The position numbers and the translations under genes are program-made. The notes under the pieces were generated by a model. The model saw only the letters and a list, made by a program, of their open reading frames with translations. It ran no database searches and was not told where the DNA came from. DNA of 64,000 nucleotides, from NCBI RefSeq assembly GCF_009914755.1, contig NC_060941.1; one strand, 5' to 3'. The first letter of the stretch is position 1, and every line of letters starts with the position of its first letter. This stretch comes from the human T2T-CHM13v2.0 reference genome, Homo sapiens. Shown one piece after another: positions 50,525 through 64,000 of the stretch.

Positions 50525-50642
50525 CTCCACCCTCCCTTTTATGCGGCGTCACCTGCGCTCCAGCCCAAGCCCTGTCATCCTGAGACAGCTGGAAGAGGAA
50601 GCCAAGGCCCGAGAAGCAGCCAACACTGTGGACATCACCCAG
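50525..50642 (+). CDS. RGS9: RGS9 exon 17, shared part: [39 protein letters not shown]
   Basis: ccttccag acceptor; CAG|gtcatg donor used for RGS9-2; 118 nt. Confidence 0.96.
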
Positions 50643-50699
50643 GTCATGAGCAAGCTGGACCGCAGGAGCCAACTCCAAAAAGAGCTGCCTCCTAAATAA
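50643..50699 (+). CDS. RGS9: Retina RGS9-1 C-terminus [18 protein letters not shown], read through into intron 17
   Basis: In-frame continuation ending in TAA (ORF 50484..50699); total 484 aa without VNQ, the known RGS9-1 length. Confidence 0.95.
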   Translation, partial: VMSKLDRRSQLQKELPPK

Positions 50700-51889
50700 A
50701 TCTGTGATTCCTGGGGGTGGGGTCATGCACTTGGGAGAGGCAAATGAAGAAGGGTAGGGTCAGAGTCTAGAAGGTTCCATTCCCCATTTGTGGAGGTCAT
50801 CAGGTTCATCCCATACTCCTCTAACTTTCTTCATGGGGGACTTCCTAATACCACAGCAACCAGAGCTTGTTCTCCCAAGCCCACTCATCAGGGGACAGGG
50901 TGGGCGAAGGCGGTGGGTGGGAGAGGGGATCACCTGACTCAATTGCTGTGTGGCTGCCTATTGTACCTTAGAGAGTTCTTAGGGGAACTATGAACTTTTT
51001 CAGTAAGAGCCAGGGGGAAAAAGCTGTCTCAGTGAGAGCCATAGGGAAAAGTGGTACACAAAGCTCTCACTGAGAGAGAGCTTTGTCTACCACTCTCTGC
51101 TTTGGAAAATTAAAAAGAAGGCCTCTCCCCATACCCAAGGCCTAGTGTTTTTCAGGGAGATTTGTTTAAAATAGCTTTATGAAGCTCCTCATCCTATCTC
51201 TCTAATTTAGACTATTGTTTCCAAATCATTCTGAGGATCCGCCGAGGGGCTAGTTGCAGGGAAGTACTTTCTCTGAACTCCCCTGCTATGCCTGCCTGGA
51301 AAGACCCTGCTGAGACGTTTCTCCTGTTGAGTTTGTTCTTAGTCATAATTACTGGAGGGTTGATGGGCTCTCTTCTTCCCATCTCCCCATCCCCTTGTCC
51401 ATGCTGGGGAAATAAGCGGCTTGCGGGAATGAAGGACTCAAATGGCCCTCTGAGGAGCATCTTTTTGGCTAAAGAACAAAGGCATTGATGTCTTCATTCA
51501 TGGGAAGAGGATGGTAGACATCGAGATGAGTGAGGATCAGAGATGATACTCTCTAGGACATTTTCTAGATGTTGATTCTTCCCTCTTCTGTAGGTGTAGA
51601 CGAGGTCAGCCCTGTGGTCAGGACTGGGGGAGAGGACAGTTCTAACTGACCTTGGGGGGTTTAGAAGGTCATTCTCGAAGTTAGGCTCACTCCTTACACT
51701 TGTGCAAGAATGCAACAGAGATAGAGCACAGAAGTGAGCAAGAGACCAGCCTGACCAAGCAGGAATACTCACTCATTCAGCACGTCTATTGAGCACCTAC
51801 TATGTGCAAACATCGGTGAATAAAACAGACGTGGTTCTCTCTCATGGAGCTTCTTCTAGTCTAGGACTGAGACAAAATAATTAAACAAA

Positions 51890-52370
51890 CTATCAGGTAG
51901 CTATTGCTGTGTGACAATCAACCAGAAAAATAGAGCAACATTCAGCAAGTGTTCATTGTTCATGCATGTGGGGTCATCTGTGTGGCTCTGTGGATCTTGG
52001 CTGGGTCCACTCATCTGTCTAGGAGTGTTGCAGTGGCCTAGGCTGAGATGAGTGAGATGAGTTTTCTCTGCTTCATGTACCTCTCTTCTCCCAGCAGTCT
52101 TGCCTAGGCAGAATCCCATGCTGAAGACTGAATTGCAAGGGAGCAAGTAGAAACACACAAGGCTTCACATAGTCTCTTCTACTTTATTTTATTGGCCAAA
52201 GAAAGTCATAAAGCCAGCCTAGATTCAAGGGGCAAGGAAATAGACTCTACCTCTTTAGTGAGAGAAATTTCAAAGTCTCATGGCGAAAGATGGATGAAAT
52301 TTCAAAGTCTCGTTGCAAAAGACAGGGAAAGTTGAAGAATGAGGGCCATTGTTGTAATTAACAACACAAA
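51890..52370. mobile_element. MLT1-type LTR nested in L2
   Basis: tatcaggtagctattgctgtgtgaca...ttggccaaagaaagtcat...agattcaagggg...aaatagactctacctctt; L2 motifs on both sides. Confidence 0.6.
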
Positions 52371-53534
52371 TGCCTGCCCAAGGATTATAAAGGAAATTAA
52401 TGTGGTACTGGGATAGGAAAGATGGGATGTGTGTAGGCTATGCCCCTGCTAGGTGGTGACAGAGAAGCAGGGAATGAGAAAGAGTTGGCCATAAGAGCAT
52501 GTGGACCAGGCAGGGAGAACGTTCTGGGGAGAGAGGGCTGTGTGGGCAAAGGCTCAGAGCTGGGAAGTAGCTCAGAGTGAACCGAAAGGCCAGGTGAGTG
52601 AAGCCTGCTGGGTGAGGGGGAAACTGTGCAAGATGAGTTTAGAGAGTGGGCAGGGGCCAGATCATTGATGACCTTCAAGGCTGTTCTAAGGAGTCTGTGG
52701 TCACTGGTTTCATGTTAGCAAAATGATTCTAGCCCAGAAGAGGGACACTTACACTTTCCATTTGCACTGGTTGCAGACCAGTTTCCACTCTGAAAGTGCA
52801 TGGAGGGATATGCTTTGCTCATCTCTCTTCTGGAGAATCTTGGAGTCTTCCCACTCTGGAAGGTACCCCAAGTAGAAATGTAAACCATTGTAAACTGGGT
52901 GACACGAGAGGAGGGACTGTATTTATCTCATTCATTACTTGGAGCCTGATTCCTGACACCCAGGGGGTTCTGCACCAACATGAATGACATGAGTGGATGA
53001 ATGAATGAAAGAATGAATGAATGAATGAAAAGAGCCCTGGATTTGGAGAAAGCCTCCTGGTTCCTGTTCCTGGCTCTAGCACTAGTCATGTAGCCTTGGA
53101 CAAGTCACTTAACCTCTCTACATCCTTATTTGTGAAATGAGGTATCAGGACCAGCTCTAAACTTCTCTAAACAGACTTTGTGAATTCCGACTGGGAACCC
53201 GGGCTGGGGCATCCATTTTACTTGAAGATTTGGAATGGGAGGAAAATTAGGTAATTTCTAAAAGTTTCACATTAAAATAATCATGAAAATATTATGAAAT
53301 AGAATGTAAAATGTACATGAATTTTTAAAGATACAATTTGAGACATCAAAGGCATTTTGTGCTTGGCTGTGGCAGGCTCAGGCTCTGCCCTCCAACTTCT
53401 GGGGGAACGTGTTTTCGGGCTCTCCTGCTGTGTGGCCTACTTTTATGGGAACATTTGAGAAGCATGAAACCAGAGAATATTTGCTGTCCCTTTTGGTTAC
53501 TCCATATGAGCTGAGATGACATACCCAGCAGCCT

Positions 53535-53626
53535 GGTGGTGAGGGTGGTGGTGAGCATGTTGTTGAGGGTGGTGGTGAGTGTGGTGGTGAGGGTGGTGGT
53601 GAGTGTGGTGGTGAGGGTGGTGGTGT
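53535..53626. repeat. 12-bp GGTGGTGAG(G/T)GT tandem repeat
   Basis: Direct reading. Confidence 0.85.
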
Positions 53627-53957
53627 GGGCATCGCATGCATTGTGGCTTCTACAGGGCACAGATTGTGTCTTGTTCATCTTTGGCTCAGGTATCTCTTGT
53701 CTCACTCGCCACAGGTTTGTGCTCCAGTTATCTCTCATTCTCCCACAGGCTACTATGTGCTCTGTGTCAGGCTCATACGGGGACTCCTTGTGTATTGATG
53801 GAAGCCTGCTCAAGTTGAGACACACAGGATCTCACAATCTAATGAGAGACACAGCACGTAAACAAAGCAGATGAGCATTCTTTATTAAATGAATGAGGAC
53901 ATGAGCGTCTCAACACTATCTGTCTAGAGGAAGGAATATAAATGGCTTCATGGCTAA

Positions 53958-54300
<343 letters not shown>

Positions 54301-55489
54301 ATAGATATATTTTAAAGACCTTTTTTGTGTAAGAATCTGTGGTGAGTGCTATGGTGGATACAAAAATGAACAAAATGGTCTCTGCCCTCAAGGGGCTGAC
54401 AAGGTGCATGGATGCAAACAGCTGTAGCCGGAGGCAGGATGCAGTCGAGACTGGATGATGATCAAGGATGATGATTGTTGATTGAGACCACAAGCTGGAG
54501 GAACCCAGAGGTGGGAGAGAATTGTTTGGCTGGGGGATCATGATAAGGTTTTTGGAGGAGGCGTGCTTGAGGTATGTCTCAAAGGAGAGTAGGGTGTCAT
54601 CAGATAGAGATTGGGAAGTGGGCACTGCAGGGCATGTGGGCAGAGCCCAGGCACGGCTACTGCTGGCCTCTAGGCAGCTTATTGGGTCAGGAAAAGGTGC
54701 TCCCTCCAAGTAGGTGTCCTTATAACACCTGGCTGGATTTCAGTCCCACCTTGCCCCTCAGCCAGGTGCCCCTGAGCAGCACACAGCTTGCATAACCATT
54801 TGGTGGCCCTGAGCACAGGGTCCAGGAAGCAAAGCTGGGAGGGTGCTAGGTTGAAGATGTATCATGGAAGGCTGGAATGTGGACTCGTTACTGCAGTCTC
54901 ATAAGCGCCACTCCCCATCCACCCCTGGCTGATTTAGATGCCCCTTCTCTGGCTCTCCTTCCATTCTGCTCATACCTCTGTCTGTGAATGCTGCACTGTA
55001 TCGAAACATTGTTTATGTGTCTTTTTCTCTCACTGGGCTGTAAAACTCCTTAAAAAGGAGAGTTAGTGTCTTGTGGGGTTTTGTGTCTCAGGGCTAGACA
55101 CAGCATGGGCTTGCAGTTCGTATGCTGGATGTCTGAAGAGCTTCAGCACACTGGAAATCAGGAGCTGAGGAGTGAAGACGAGTTAAGAAGTGGTTGCTGT
55201 GGTCTCTGTCAAGAGGAAGGTGTGGATTAGGAGGGTGGTGGTGGGTTCAGAGGAAAGAAGAGAGATGCTGGAGGCAGGTGGATAGGACCCGATTGAAATG
55301 GGGTGATGTGGGGGAAGAAATTAAAGAAGACCCAGAGATTTTGATCCTCCTAAGACAAGGGTGATGTTAAGAAAGGTATTGATTATGAAAGAGGACTGGA
55401 TTTTGTGTTAGCAGTTGGGGAGGCACCAGGGAGGTTTGGAGTCCCAGACGAAAATGTGTACACCATTCATGTAATCAACATTTACGGAG

Positions 55490-55535
55490 TTTCTCTTTCT
55501 TTCTTTCTTTCTCTATCTTTCTTTCGTTCTTTCGT

Positions 55536-55599
<64 letters not shown>

Positions 55600-55913
55600 T
55601 TTTTTTGTTTTGAGACAGAGTCTCAGGCTGGAGTGCAGTGGCACCATCCTGGCTCAATACAACCTCAGCCTTCCAAGTTCAAGCCATTCCCCTGCCTCAG
55701 CCTCCCAAGTTCAAGCCATTCCCCTGCCTCAGCCTCCCCAGTAGCTGGGATTACAGGCACCCACCACCACGCCTGGCTAATTTTTGTATTTTCAGTAGAG
55801 ACAGGGTTTCACCATGTTGGCCAGGCTGGTCTCGAACACCTGACCTCAAGTGATCCGCTGGCCTCGGCCTCCCAAAGTGCTGGGATTACAGGTGTGAGCC
55901 ACTGCGCCTGGCC
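55490..55913 (-). mobile_element. Alu with (CTTT)n tail (55490-55600) and a 31-bp internal tandem duplication
   Basis: ccaagttcaagccattcccctgcctcagcct present twice. Confidence 0.93.
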
Positions 55914-56410
55914 TTGGAGCTCTTATGTACCAGACACTGGGAGCCTGCAAAGCCCCTCAAGGAGTTCCAGACTAGGAAAGAGACAGACACACTGTACAAC
56001 TCACTGACACAGAGGGTATCAGGACTCATAGCGGAGCAAGCAGAACAGAAGGAGAATGTCAAGGAGGAAGTGATGGATCCTATCTGGAGGCATCGGGGAA
56101 ACTGGACCTCAAAGATTGAGTATAATTTTCCAAGTGGAAGGCAGAGAGCTGTGGTTAATAATTATAGTTCCCCCTTCTTCCAGAAGGGATTTGAGGCAGC
56201 TCATAATACTATAATACTATATGATGGAATGTCTAAAATGATAGATTGAAAACTAATTTTAGACAGTAGTTTGTACACAGTGAACCGTGGATGACTGGGT
56301 TATCAAAACTGAATGTTACATTTTTTTTAAGCATTAAATTTTGCTCTGAAATTCCTGACAACTACCAAGCAAACAGAGAGACAGATTGGTTTTAGAATTT
56401 TACTGTGTCT

Positions 56411-56691
<281 letters not shown>

Positions 56692-59600
56692 TCAAGCATT
56701 CAAGTCCTTTTTTACCTGGATCCTCCCCCTACTCCTAAGTCCCAACACGAGGTTGAAAATGTGCTTCTGGTGAGGGAGATTTCTAATCCATTCCTGTTCT
56801 AGGCATAACGGATGCAGAACTGAATAAGATCATCAAGTCTTATTTCATCGAGTTTGCATTTTAGCTGGGGGTGCGGGGACAGGCAGTAGATAATAAATAA
56901 GTGCTCTGAAGGAAAGGAAAGTAGGTTCGAGTAACTCTGAATTAAGGAAGGGGAGTAATTTTAGATGGGTTCATTGATCCAGAATTGACTGTTGAAGATG
57001 TGACAGTGGATGGAACTTGAGGGCCAGAGAGTGGATGGAGAGAGAAAAGAAGGCTAAGAGGGAAGCTTGGACGAGGCCACATTTTAAAGGTGTAAGAGGA
57101 GAGAGAAGAGTTAAGAACGGAGTGGCAGAGCTGTTAGGACGCCTCCCTGAGAAGATGGGTGGGGGATACGGGTGGGTGGCCAGCAGCGTTGAGCAGAGAC
57201 AGTGCCTACTGGATAGTCCCTGGGCACCCTTCCACTTCCCAGCCACCCTGCAATTAGCTGGGGCCACATGTCTAGTTGTGGCCAATAGACATGGGCTCTG
57301 CTGAGGTGGATCAGAGCATGGGGCTCCACCTCCATCTCATCCCCTGCTGTGGACCTGGGAGTCCCTCCTGGCCCACACAGGACTTTATGTGAACAAAAAA
57401 CCAGACCTTTATTATAAGAAGTCACAGAGAGTTTGGAGTTGCTGTAGCATAGCCCATCCTGCCGTGCCGAATCAAGAAGTTGAGCATGTCAAGGACTGGC
57501 AGAGGCCACTGGATTTAGCAGTAAGGAAATCACTGGGGATTTTGAGTGGGTGATTTCAGCAGAATAGTGAAGGAAGAAGTCACTTTTGTGGGAATAAAGG
57601 AGAAGATGTTGGAAGTAAGGAGAGTGAGCTGTGTGTGTAGATTACCATTTCAAGTAGTTTGGGAGGAAGGCGAGAGATATAGTGGTAACTTAGATAATGG
57701 AGGGTTGAGAGGAGGCATTTCCAAAGGACAGCGTGAGGTGGGGGTGTTTGCCAAATGAGGGGATGATCCTGGGGAGGTGGGGAGATAAAATAAAGAATAA
57801 TTGATAAGAGAAAGCCTGGAAAAAATTGGAGGGGATCAGACCAAAGCCAAGATTGGTTTTGGAGAGGAATAGTTTACTCTCTGATGTTGCAACTCAGAGA
57901 GATTTGGAAGTGGAAGGGAAGGAAGCTGAAGGCTAAGTTAAGGTAAGATCAATTTTAATGATTAGGGAATATTTGAGGCATTTGCTGAGAGCATTGCAGG
58001 AGGAGGGCAGTGTGGCTACAGAAGCAAGGCCATGTGACTGCAGGAGAAGTCCCTGAAGTGTTGAACCAAACAAGTGCTTGACAATCACTGTGAGGCAGTG
58101 ATGATGGATGCTGAACCAAACAGTTGAGTAGAAGGTTGTCAAGCTAGGAGAGGGAAGAAGTGTCTCCTCTCCTTATATGGAAGTTTCTGTATGTTCAAAG
58201 GTGGCATAGAGAGAGATGTACATTCCATGATACTCCTTGGTCAGCCAAGCAGCCATTCAGGAAAACTTTGGAATTCCCAGCAACTTTGTCAATGGGAAAT
58301 GCTGTGGGATGGCCACGGGAAAGAGGGAGGTGTTGTCTTCCAGCAGTCATTGACTACTTTCGATGCAGAACTTTAAGAAACCCGCTTGCTATCAGCTTCC
58401 AGTCAGAACAGCACTTGTAAAGGGTTGATCCTTAAACATCGCTAAATGAACACATCTCTGTCTTGTGGTTCCAGGAATTTTAATCCTTGAAGCTAGATGG
58501 TATGAGAACAGCTTTTTTTCTGAAGCCAGGCTTGAATGGTAGGGGAAGGAATGTGGACTTTGGGGTTAGGCAGACATAGTTTTGATATTTTAGCTGGGTG
58601 GCTTTGACCTTCAACCTGTCTGAAGTTATCATTTCTCTTAGAATGTTATTGATAGTAGAGAGTGTCTGGCTTAGGGTGGATGCTCAGAAATAGCTCTCTC
58701 TCTCTTTCCTCCCCCTTTCTTTCTGTCCTCTTCTCTCACTCTCTCTTTCTTGCTCACTCTCTTGCTTCTTGTAATCTGCCAAGGCTGGGATCCAGAGTTC
58801 CAGCTTCTGTGAATAGAGGGGTCAGGCTCTGATAACAGTTTTCCTCTATCTGTTATGACCACTCAACATTCAACAGAGATATTCAGCACCTGTTACATGC
58901 CCAGCATCCTGCTAAGTGCTTGGGATCACCAGTGAGCAAGAGAGACACCCTTGCGGCATTTGCTGTTCAACAGGAGAGACAATTAAACCAAATGGTGTGA
59001 TATTATAGGGAAGCCACATAATGTTTTGGGAAGGGTTGGCAAGGACTGCTAGCCTGGTGAAGGCAGTGGAGACTTGGGGAGATCAGCAGAGGCTAAAGCA
59101 GAGGGGTGGGCAGGGCCAGGCAGGGCAGTTCGTTGGTGATCAGGACCAGTGGCCAACCGGGACCATCCATCCTGGAAAGCTCTATGCAGCTCCTAGGGAC
59201 TCAGGGCTGTGTGCATTTGTGTGGCTTCACCATGATCTCAACTCCAGGTATCAGCTCTTTTCCACCTTGCACCTCCCTCTCCCCAACATCAGTGTATGCC
59301 AGTGCTCTGCTTTCCAACCCTGGAGTCCACCAGGAAATTCTCATGTTTGGTAGTGAAGGGACTGCAGGTTCTGAGGGCTTGCAAGCATCTGTGGCTGCTG
59401 CTATTGTTCCAGCAGGTGGCAGCTTCTCCTGCTAATGTTTAAACTATGTGTCCCACAGGGCCCGTTGAAATCCCAAATAGCATAAAAAATAAACATTTAT
59501 TTGGACAATATTAACGATATATTTAAATCACTATGAAAATCTCTATTATGCCGTGTCCTTAGACACCTTTGAATTCCTTAATGTTATATTTTAAACAACT

Positions 59601-59827
59601 TAACAAACCCCTCTATCCATGGGGTGCATAGCTTGTGCTAGGATATAAGTTATTCTGTAAGTACAAGGATTTCCTTTATAGAGTTCCATTTTCCAACTTG
59701 ACTTTTAGAGAAAAGGCTGCTTTCATTGTGAATATTAAGTAAAAATATAAGGGCCAGGGACAAAATATGAGTAAAGACCTAAGACAATTCTTGGCCTATT
59801 ATAAGCCCTCAACGAACACTAGCTGCT

Positions 59828-60175
59828 ATCATCATCATCACCACCATCATCATTGTCACCACCTTCATCGCCATCACTATCACCATTATCACCATCACCA
59901 CCATCACCATCACTATCACCATCATACCATCATCACCATCATCATCATCACTATCATCATCACCATCACCACCATATCATTATTATTATCATCACCGCCA
60001 TCCTCACCATCACCATCACCATTAATACACAATCATCATCATCATCACTATCATCATCACCATCAACATCACCACCACTACCATCATCACCATCATCACC
60101 ATATCATTATTATTATCATCACCACCATCCTCACCATCACCATCACCATTAATACACCATCATCACCATCATCAC
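59828..60175. repeat. (CAT/CAC)n trinucleotide tract with an internal block duplication
   Basis: caccatatcattattattatcatcacc(g/a)ccatcctcaccatcaccatcaccattaatacac occurs twice. Confidence 0.92.
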
Positions 60176-61599
60176 CTAGTAGCTTCAGTCTTAGAGTAAG
60201 CTTGTGCTTTCTTCTAGCTGTTGGTGTTGTCCAATATAGTAAATCATTATTCTTTATTTAAGGCATTTCCTGAGAGATATTTAAAACATTGTCATCTCAA
60301 ACCATCTATCTTCTCTGTTCTTTGAGAATTTTGCAGTGCGGTCCTCCAGCTCTCCAGAGAACGTTAGGATATATTTGAGGGGAGGAGGGGGAGAAGTTGA
60401 TGTCATGTCCTCTGTCTGCAGCTTCTAGGAGAGGACTGACCAGCAACAGTGTAGTGACTGGTCAATCCTGTAGTCTGGAGTTTCATGGCTGAAGTAAGGG
60501 TCGTTGCTAACTGAGAAGGTCTTGTGCTAGACTGTGTCAAATGGGATGACCAGTATGGGGTCATGCCATGTGTTCACCCATGGCAGAGTTTTCCCCATGG
60601 GGCTAACTTTGCACATTTGCTTGGGGGCGGTGGGGAAGGGGAGAGTGGGAAGGCACTGGAAGAGGGGACTTTGCACACTGCATGCTGCACCTAAATGTGG
60701 CCCTCTGCTCACCTTTCTGCTCCCAGGAAGTGGGAGTTCAGGTGGCCCCAAGGTCTCTTTCAAATTCTCAACCACATTCCGAGGACAGAAAATGAATTTC
60801 ATCTCTATGCACTACCTGCTTTGCCATTCATTAAAATGCCTGTGATTGTGTTCTCATGTTAACATACCTGTTTCATTTCATGCTCCTTTACTCCCTTCTC
60901 TTGGTTCCCTTGTACAATAAAACAGCAGCATGAAACAAAACAATGCTAAGCTCTCCTTCACTGTGTCTCTGTGGTGTCACATTTCTTTGCCATGTGTCAT
61001 GCATGCCACTGCTTTGCTGCCTCACACCAATGGTAGGTGGGGCATGGGCTGGAGGGGCTGGGTCTCCAAGCAGAGCCCCAGGCTCCATGGGAGGGACCAA
61101 GGTGGGGAATTGTGGGAACGGGTGGAAAAGACATCTGCTTAGATTGTCCAGGACCAGTAAAGCTAATGGTCATTTGCCCAGAAGAAAGGACCATCTCAGG
61201 CCAGGTAAGTGGCCATCTTCCTCGCCTGTCTGTCATTCATCCCAGAAAAGAGAAGATGCTAGGGGAGGAGTGGAGCCAGAGATGGACCGAGAGAGGTAGG
61301 AGGGTGGGAGGAGGGCACAGAGTTGGGGGAGGGCATATAGAGAGGCTGATCTGGTCACAAACTTTGAGTTTTGTCAAGTTGCATCATATCCATGAACCTC
61401 AGTTGTCTTATCTGTATAGTGGGATGATAGAAGTTTATCACAAATTCTGAGGAAGTGGAATGGAAGTTAATTCTGTATCTCTCTTGACAAAGCCGAGTTC
61501 CTAGTTTTGGTATTTTTGGATGGCAATGTGAATCAGCAAGGAAAGCAAGGCCCTTTGGGTCACACAGACCTGGCCTCAGGTTCTCATTTAGTCACTGCT

Positions 61600-62512
61600 T
61601 CAGTTTTCTATTGCTGCATAACAATGACCACAAGCACCAGCCAGGTATGAGCTCAGTTTTCCAGGAGACATTTGGCTGATGTCTTGTTCAAGGGGCTGTA
61701 AGGGAATTCCATAAACTAGGGAACTTATCAACAACAAACACTTCCCGCGGTTCTGAAGGCTGGGATGTCCACGATGGAGGCCCCAACAGATTCGGGGTCT
61801 GGTGGAGTCCCACTTTGTGGTTCATAGATGGAGTCTCTTCACTGTGTCTTCCCACGGTGGAAGGGCCAACCTAGTGCCCTGGGGTCTATTTCATAAGGAT
61901 ACTGATCCTTTTCACAAGGGCTCTGCCCTCATGACTAATCACCTCCCAAAGACCCCGCTTCCTAATACTATCACCTGCAAGGGGAAGGCCTTCAACATAT
62001 ACATTTTGTGGAGGACACAAATCTTAGACAGCGCAGCTGGGTTCTCAGCTCAGGGTCTCACATTCAAGGTGTCAGCCAGGCTGACGGGGTTCTCATCTGG
62101 ATGCTTCTAAGAAGAATCTGCTTCCAAGCTCATTTGGGTTGCTGGCAGGATTCAGTTCCTCGTTTAAGACTCAGGTCACTGTCTTCTTGCTGGCCATCAG
62201 CTGGGAGCTGCTCTCAGCAGCTGGGGGCCACCTGCATTCCTTGAGATGTGCCCCCTCCATCTTCAAAGCCAGCCATGGAGACCTTCTCCCCAGTTGAATC
62301 CTTGCCAAGCTTCCGATCTCTCTGCCTTCTGCCTCTGGCCTCTAGACTCAGATGGAAAGGGCTCCTGTGACCAGCTGGAGCTCACCCAGACACTCCCCCT
62401 TTTTAAAAGTCAGCTATGCCTCATCACATAGCCTGACTGGGAGTGACTACCCCATCACATTTATGGTTCACGTGTACACTCAAGGACAGGGGTGGGAATC
62501 CTACATGCCACA
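61600..62512. mobile_element. Nested MLT1-type MaLR LTRs
   Basis: agttttctattgctgcataaca; gggctctgccctcatgactaatcacctcccaaag; gaatctgcttccaagctcatt. Confidence 0.65.
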
Positions 62513-63741
62513 GTCACTGTGATTCTACATGCCACAGTCACTGACTAGTCATGAGAGCTGGTAAAGGGTAATGAGCCCCTGTGGGCCTCAATGTTCTGTT
62601 CTCTAAAATGGGGTGGTTATAGATAAGCAAAGTACCTAGCATGTAGTAGATACTTGATACATCTACGAGCCACCCTTTTCCACCTAACAGTTGTCTCCCA
62701 AGCCCCTAATCAAGGCCCAGCTTTCCCTGCTGTACATTCTTTGCAGAATGTGTCCTAAGTAGAGTTGCACCTCCCTATAGAAGGGAAGGGGTTAGAAGCT
62801 TAGTGCAGAGTCCCTTAAGCTTACAGGGCAGAATAATCTCAGATGTCAGCTAGAAATGCTTTCCTTCAGTCGCACCCCCCTGATATTCTCCTTCAGTGGG
62901 GCTGTGGTGGGGCCAGGTTCTGCCTTTGTACTAAGCACCCTGAGTGATTCTGATGTGGCCGATCTGTAGACCACACCGAGGCATCCCGCGAGCGATGACT
63001 GCGCCGACTCCGAGTCAGCCAGTTGGGTTTCAAAGTCTGAGCCCACTGTTCCTGGCAGGGTGTCCCTGGAGGAATGGCTGGACTTCTCTTAGTGTCCTCA
63101 TCTGTAAAATGGGGATAATAACAGTTGCCTCACTGGGTGGCTCTGTGGAGCATGCAATAATCCACAATAGTGGATTTGCAATTACAGTAATAATTGCAAT
63201 TATAATAGTTATTGCAAATGCAATAATTCATGATTATTGAGTAAAGTGCTCAGTCCAGGGCCTCACATTTGCTGTGTTCTCACTGTGAATTAATGATGTG
63301 ATTGTTATTACTATAATAACCCCATGGCCCTGGGCGTGGGCCTGGCTTTTGCTCTGCCACCCTGTGGGATTCTGGGCAGTGAGGGGGAATGATGGGCTCT
63401 GAGCTGCTGTTTGGGAACAGAATCTCGTTTGAACTTCAGGGAGCTGGTGGGAAGGAATGAGACAAGCCCTCCATGCCCTCCTGGCCCTGCCCTCAGTGGC
63501 CCCTGGCCTTTCTTCCCCCACCAGAGCTGTTCTTGGGTGCGCCTGCCCTTCCCTGTTCAGGCTGGGACCTGCCCATGCAGGTGATCTGAAAGCCAGGCCA
63601 CCCTCTGCAGGAGCCACCTGCTCAGGGACCAGGGCTACCTCCTTCAGCCCGGGGGCAGTGCCCAGATCCCGGGGTCAGCCAGCTCTCACTGAGCAGGGCA
63701 ACTATGTGGCTGTGCTGTGTGTTAGGCCTTTTGTGCTCTGA

Positions 63742-64000
<259 letters not shown>

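Noticed and set aside
55405-56007. 200-aa ORF and the many other Alu-derived ORFs in the track
   Set aside because: Standard Alu and STR translations.
59767-60261. Poly-His/Ile ORFs
   Set aside because: Artefact of the (CAT/CAC)n tract.
61150-61210. Perfect CAG|GTAAGT donor in intron 17
   Set aside because: No convincing upstream acceptor, and it does not encode the RGS9-2 exon-18 peptide.

Overview
Human genomic DNA, + strand, covering the middle of RGS9 (regulator of G-protein signalling 9). Fourteen coding exons (4-17 by the numbering I recall) splice in frame from 267 to 50642. They encode the end of the DEP domain and the DHEX, GGL and RGS domains. Reading through the weak exon-17 donor gives the retina RGS9-1 tail [18 protein letters not shown] (50643-50699); the RGS9-2 exons 18-19 are not in the window. 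Splicing features include tandem donors at exon 9 (+/-VNQ), a 30-nt exon 10, a ~106-nt AG-free zone before exon 14 and a GC-AG intron 16. The introns hold about 30 Alus plus L1, L2, MIR, MaLR LTRs, DNA-transposon remnants and tandem repeats. The main unexplained items are: (1) a 254-bp LTR-less insert of two non-adjacent HERV-K-type pol pieces (RNase H + integrase) with a 13-bp direct repeat, inside a MER5A; (2) a 225-bp local duplication bracketing in-frame exon 12; (3) a candidate alternative terminal exon in intron 9; (4) two mutually exclusive hairpins and inverted Alus in the RGS9-1 3' UTR region. I see no evidence of a new multi-gene system. Repeat subfamilies and boundaries were called by eye and are approximate.
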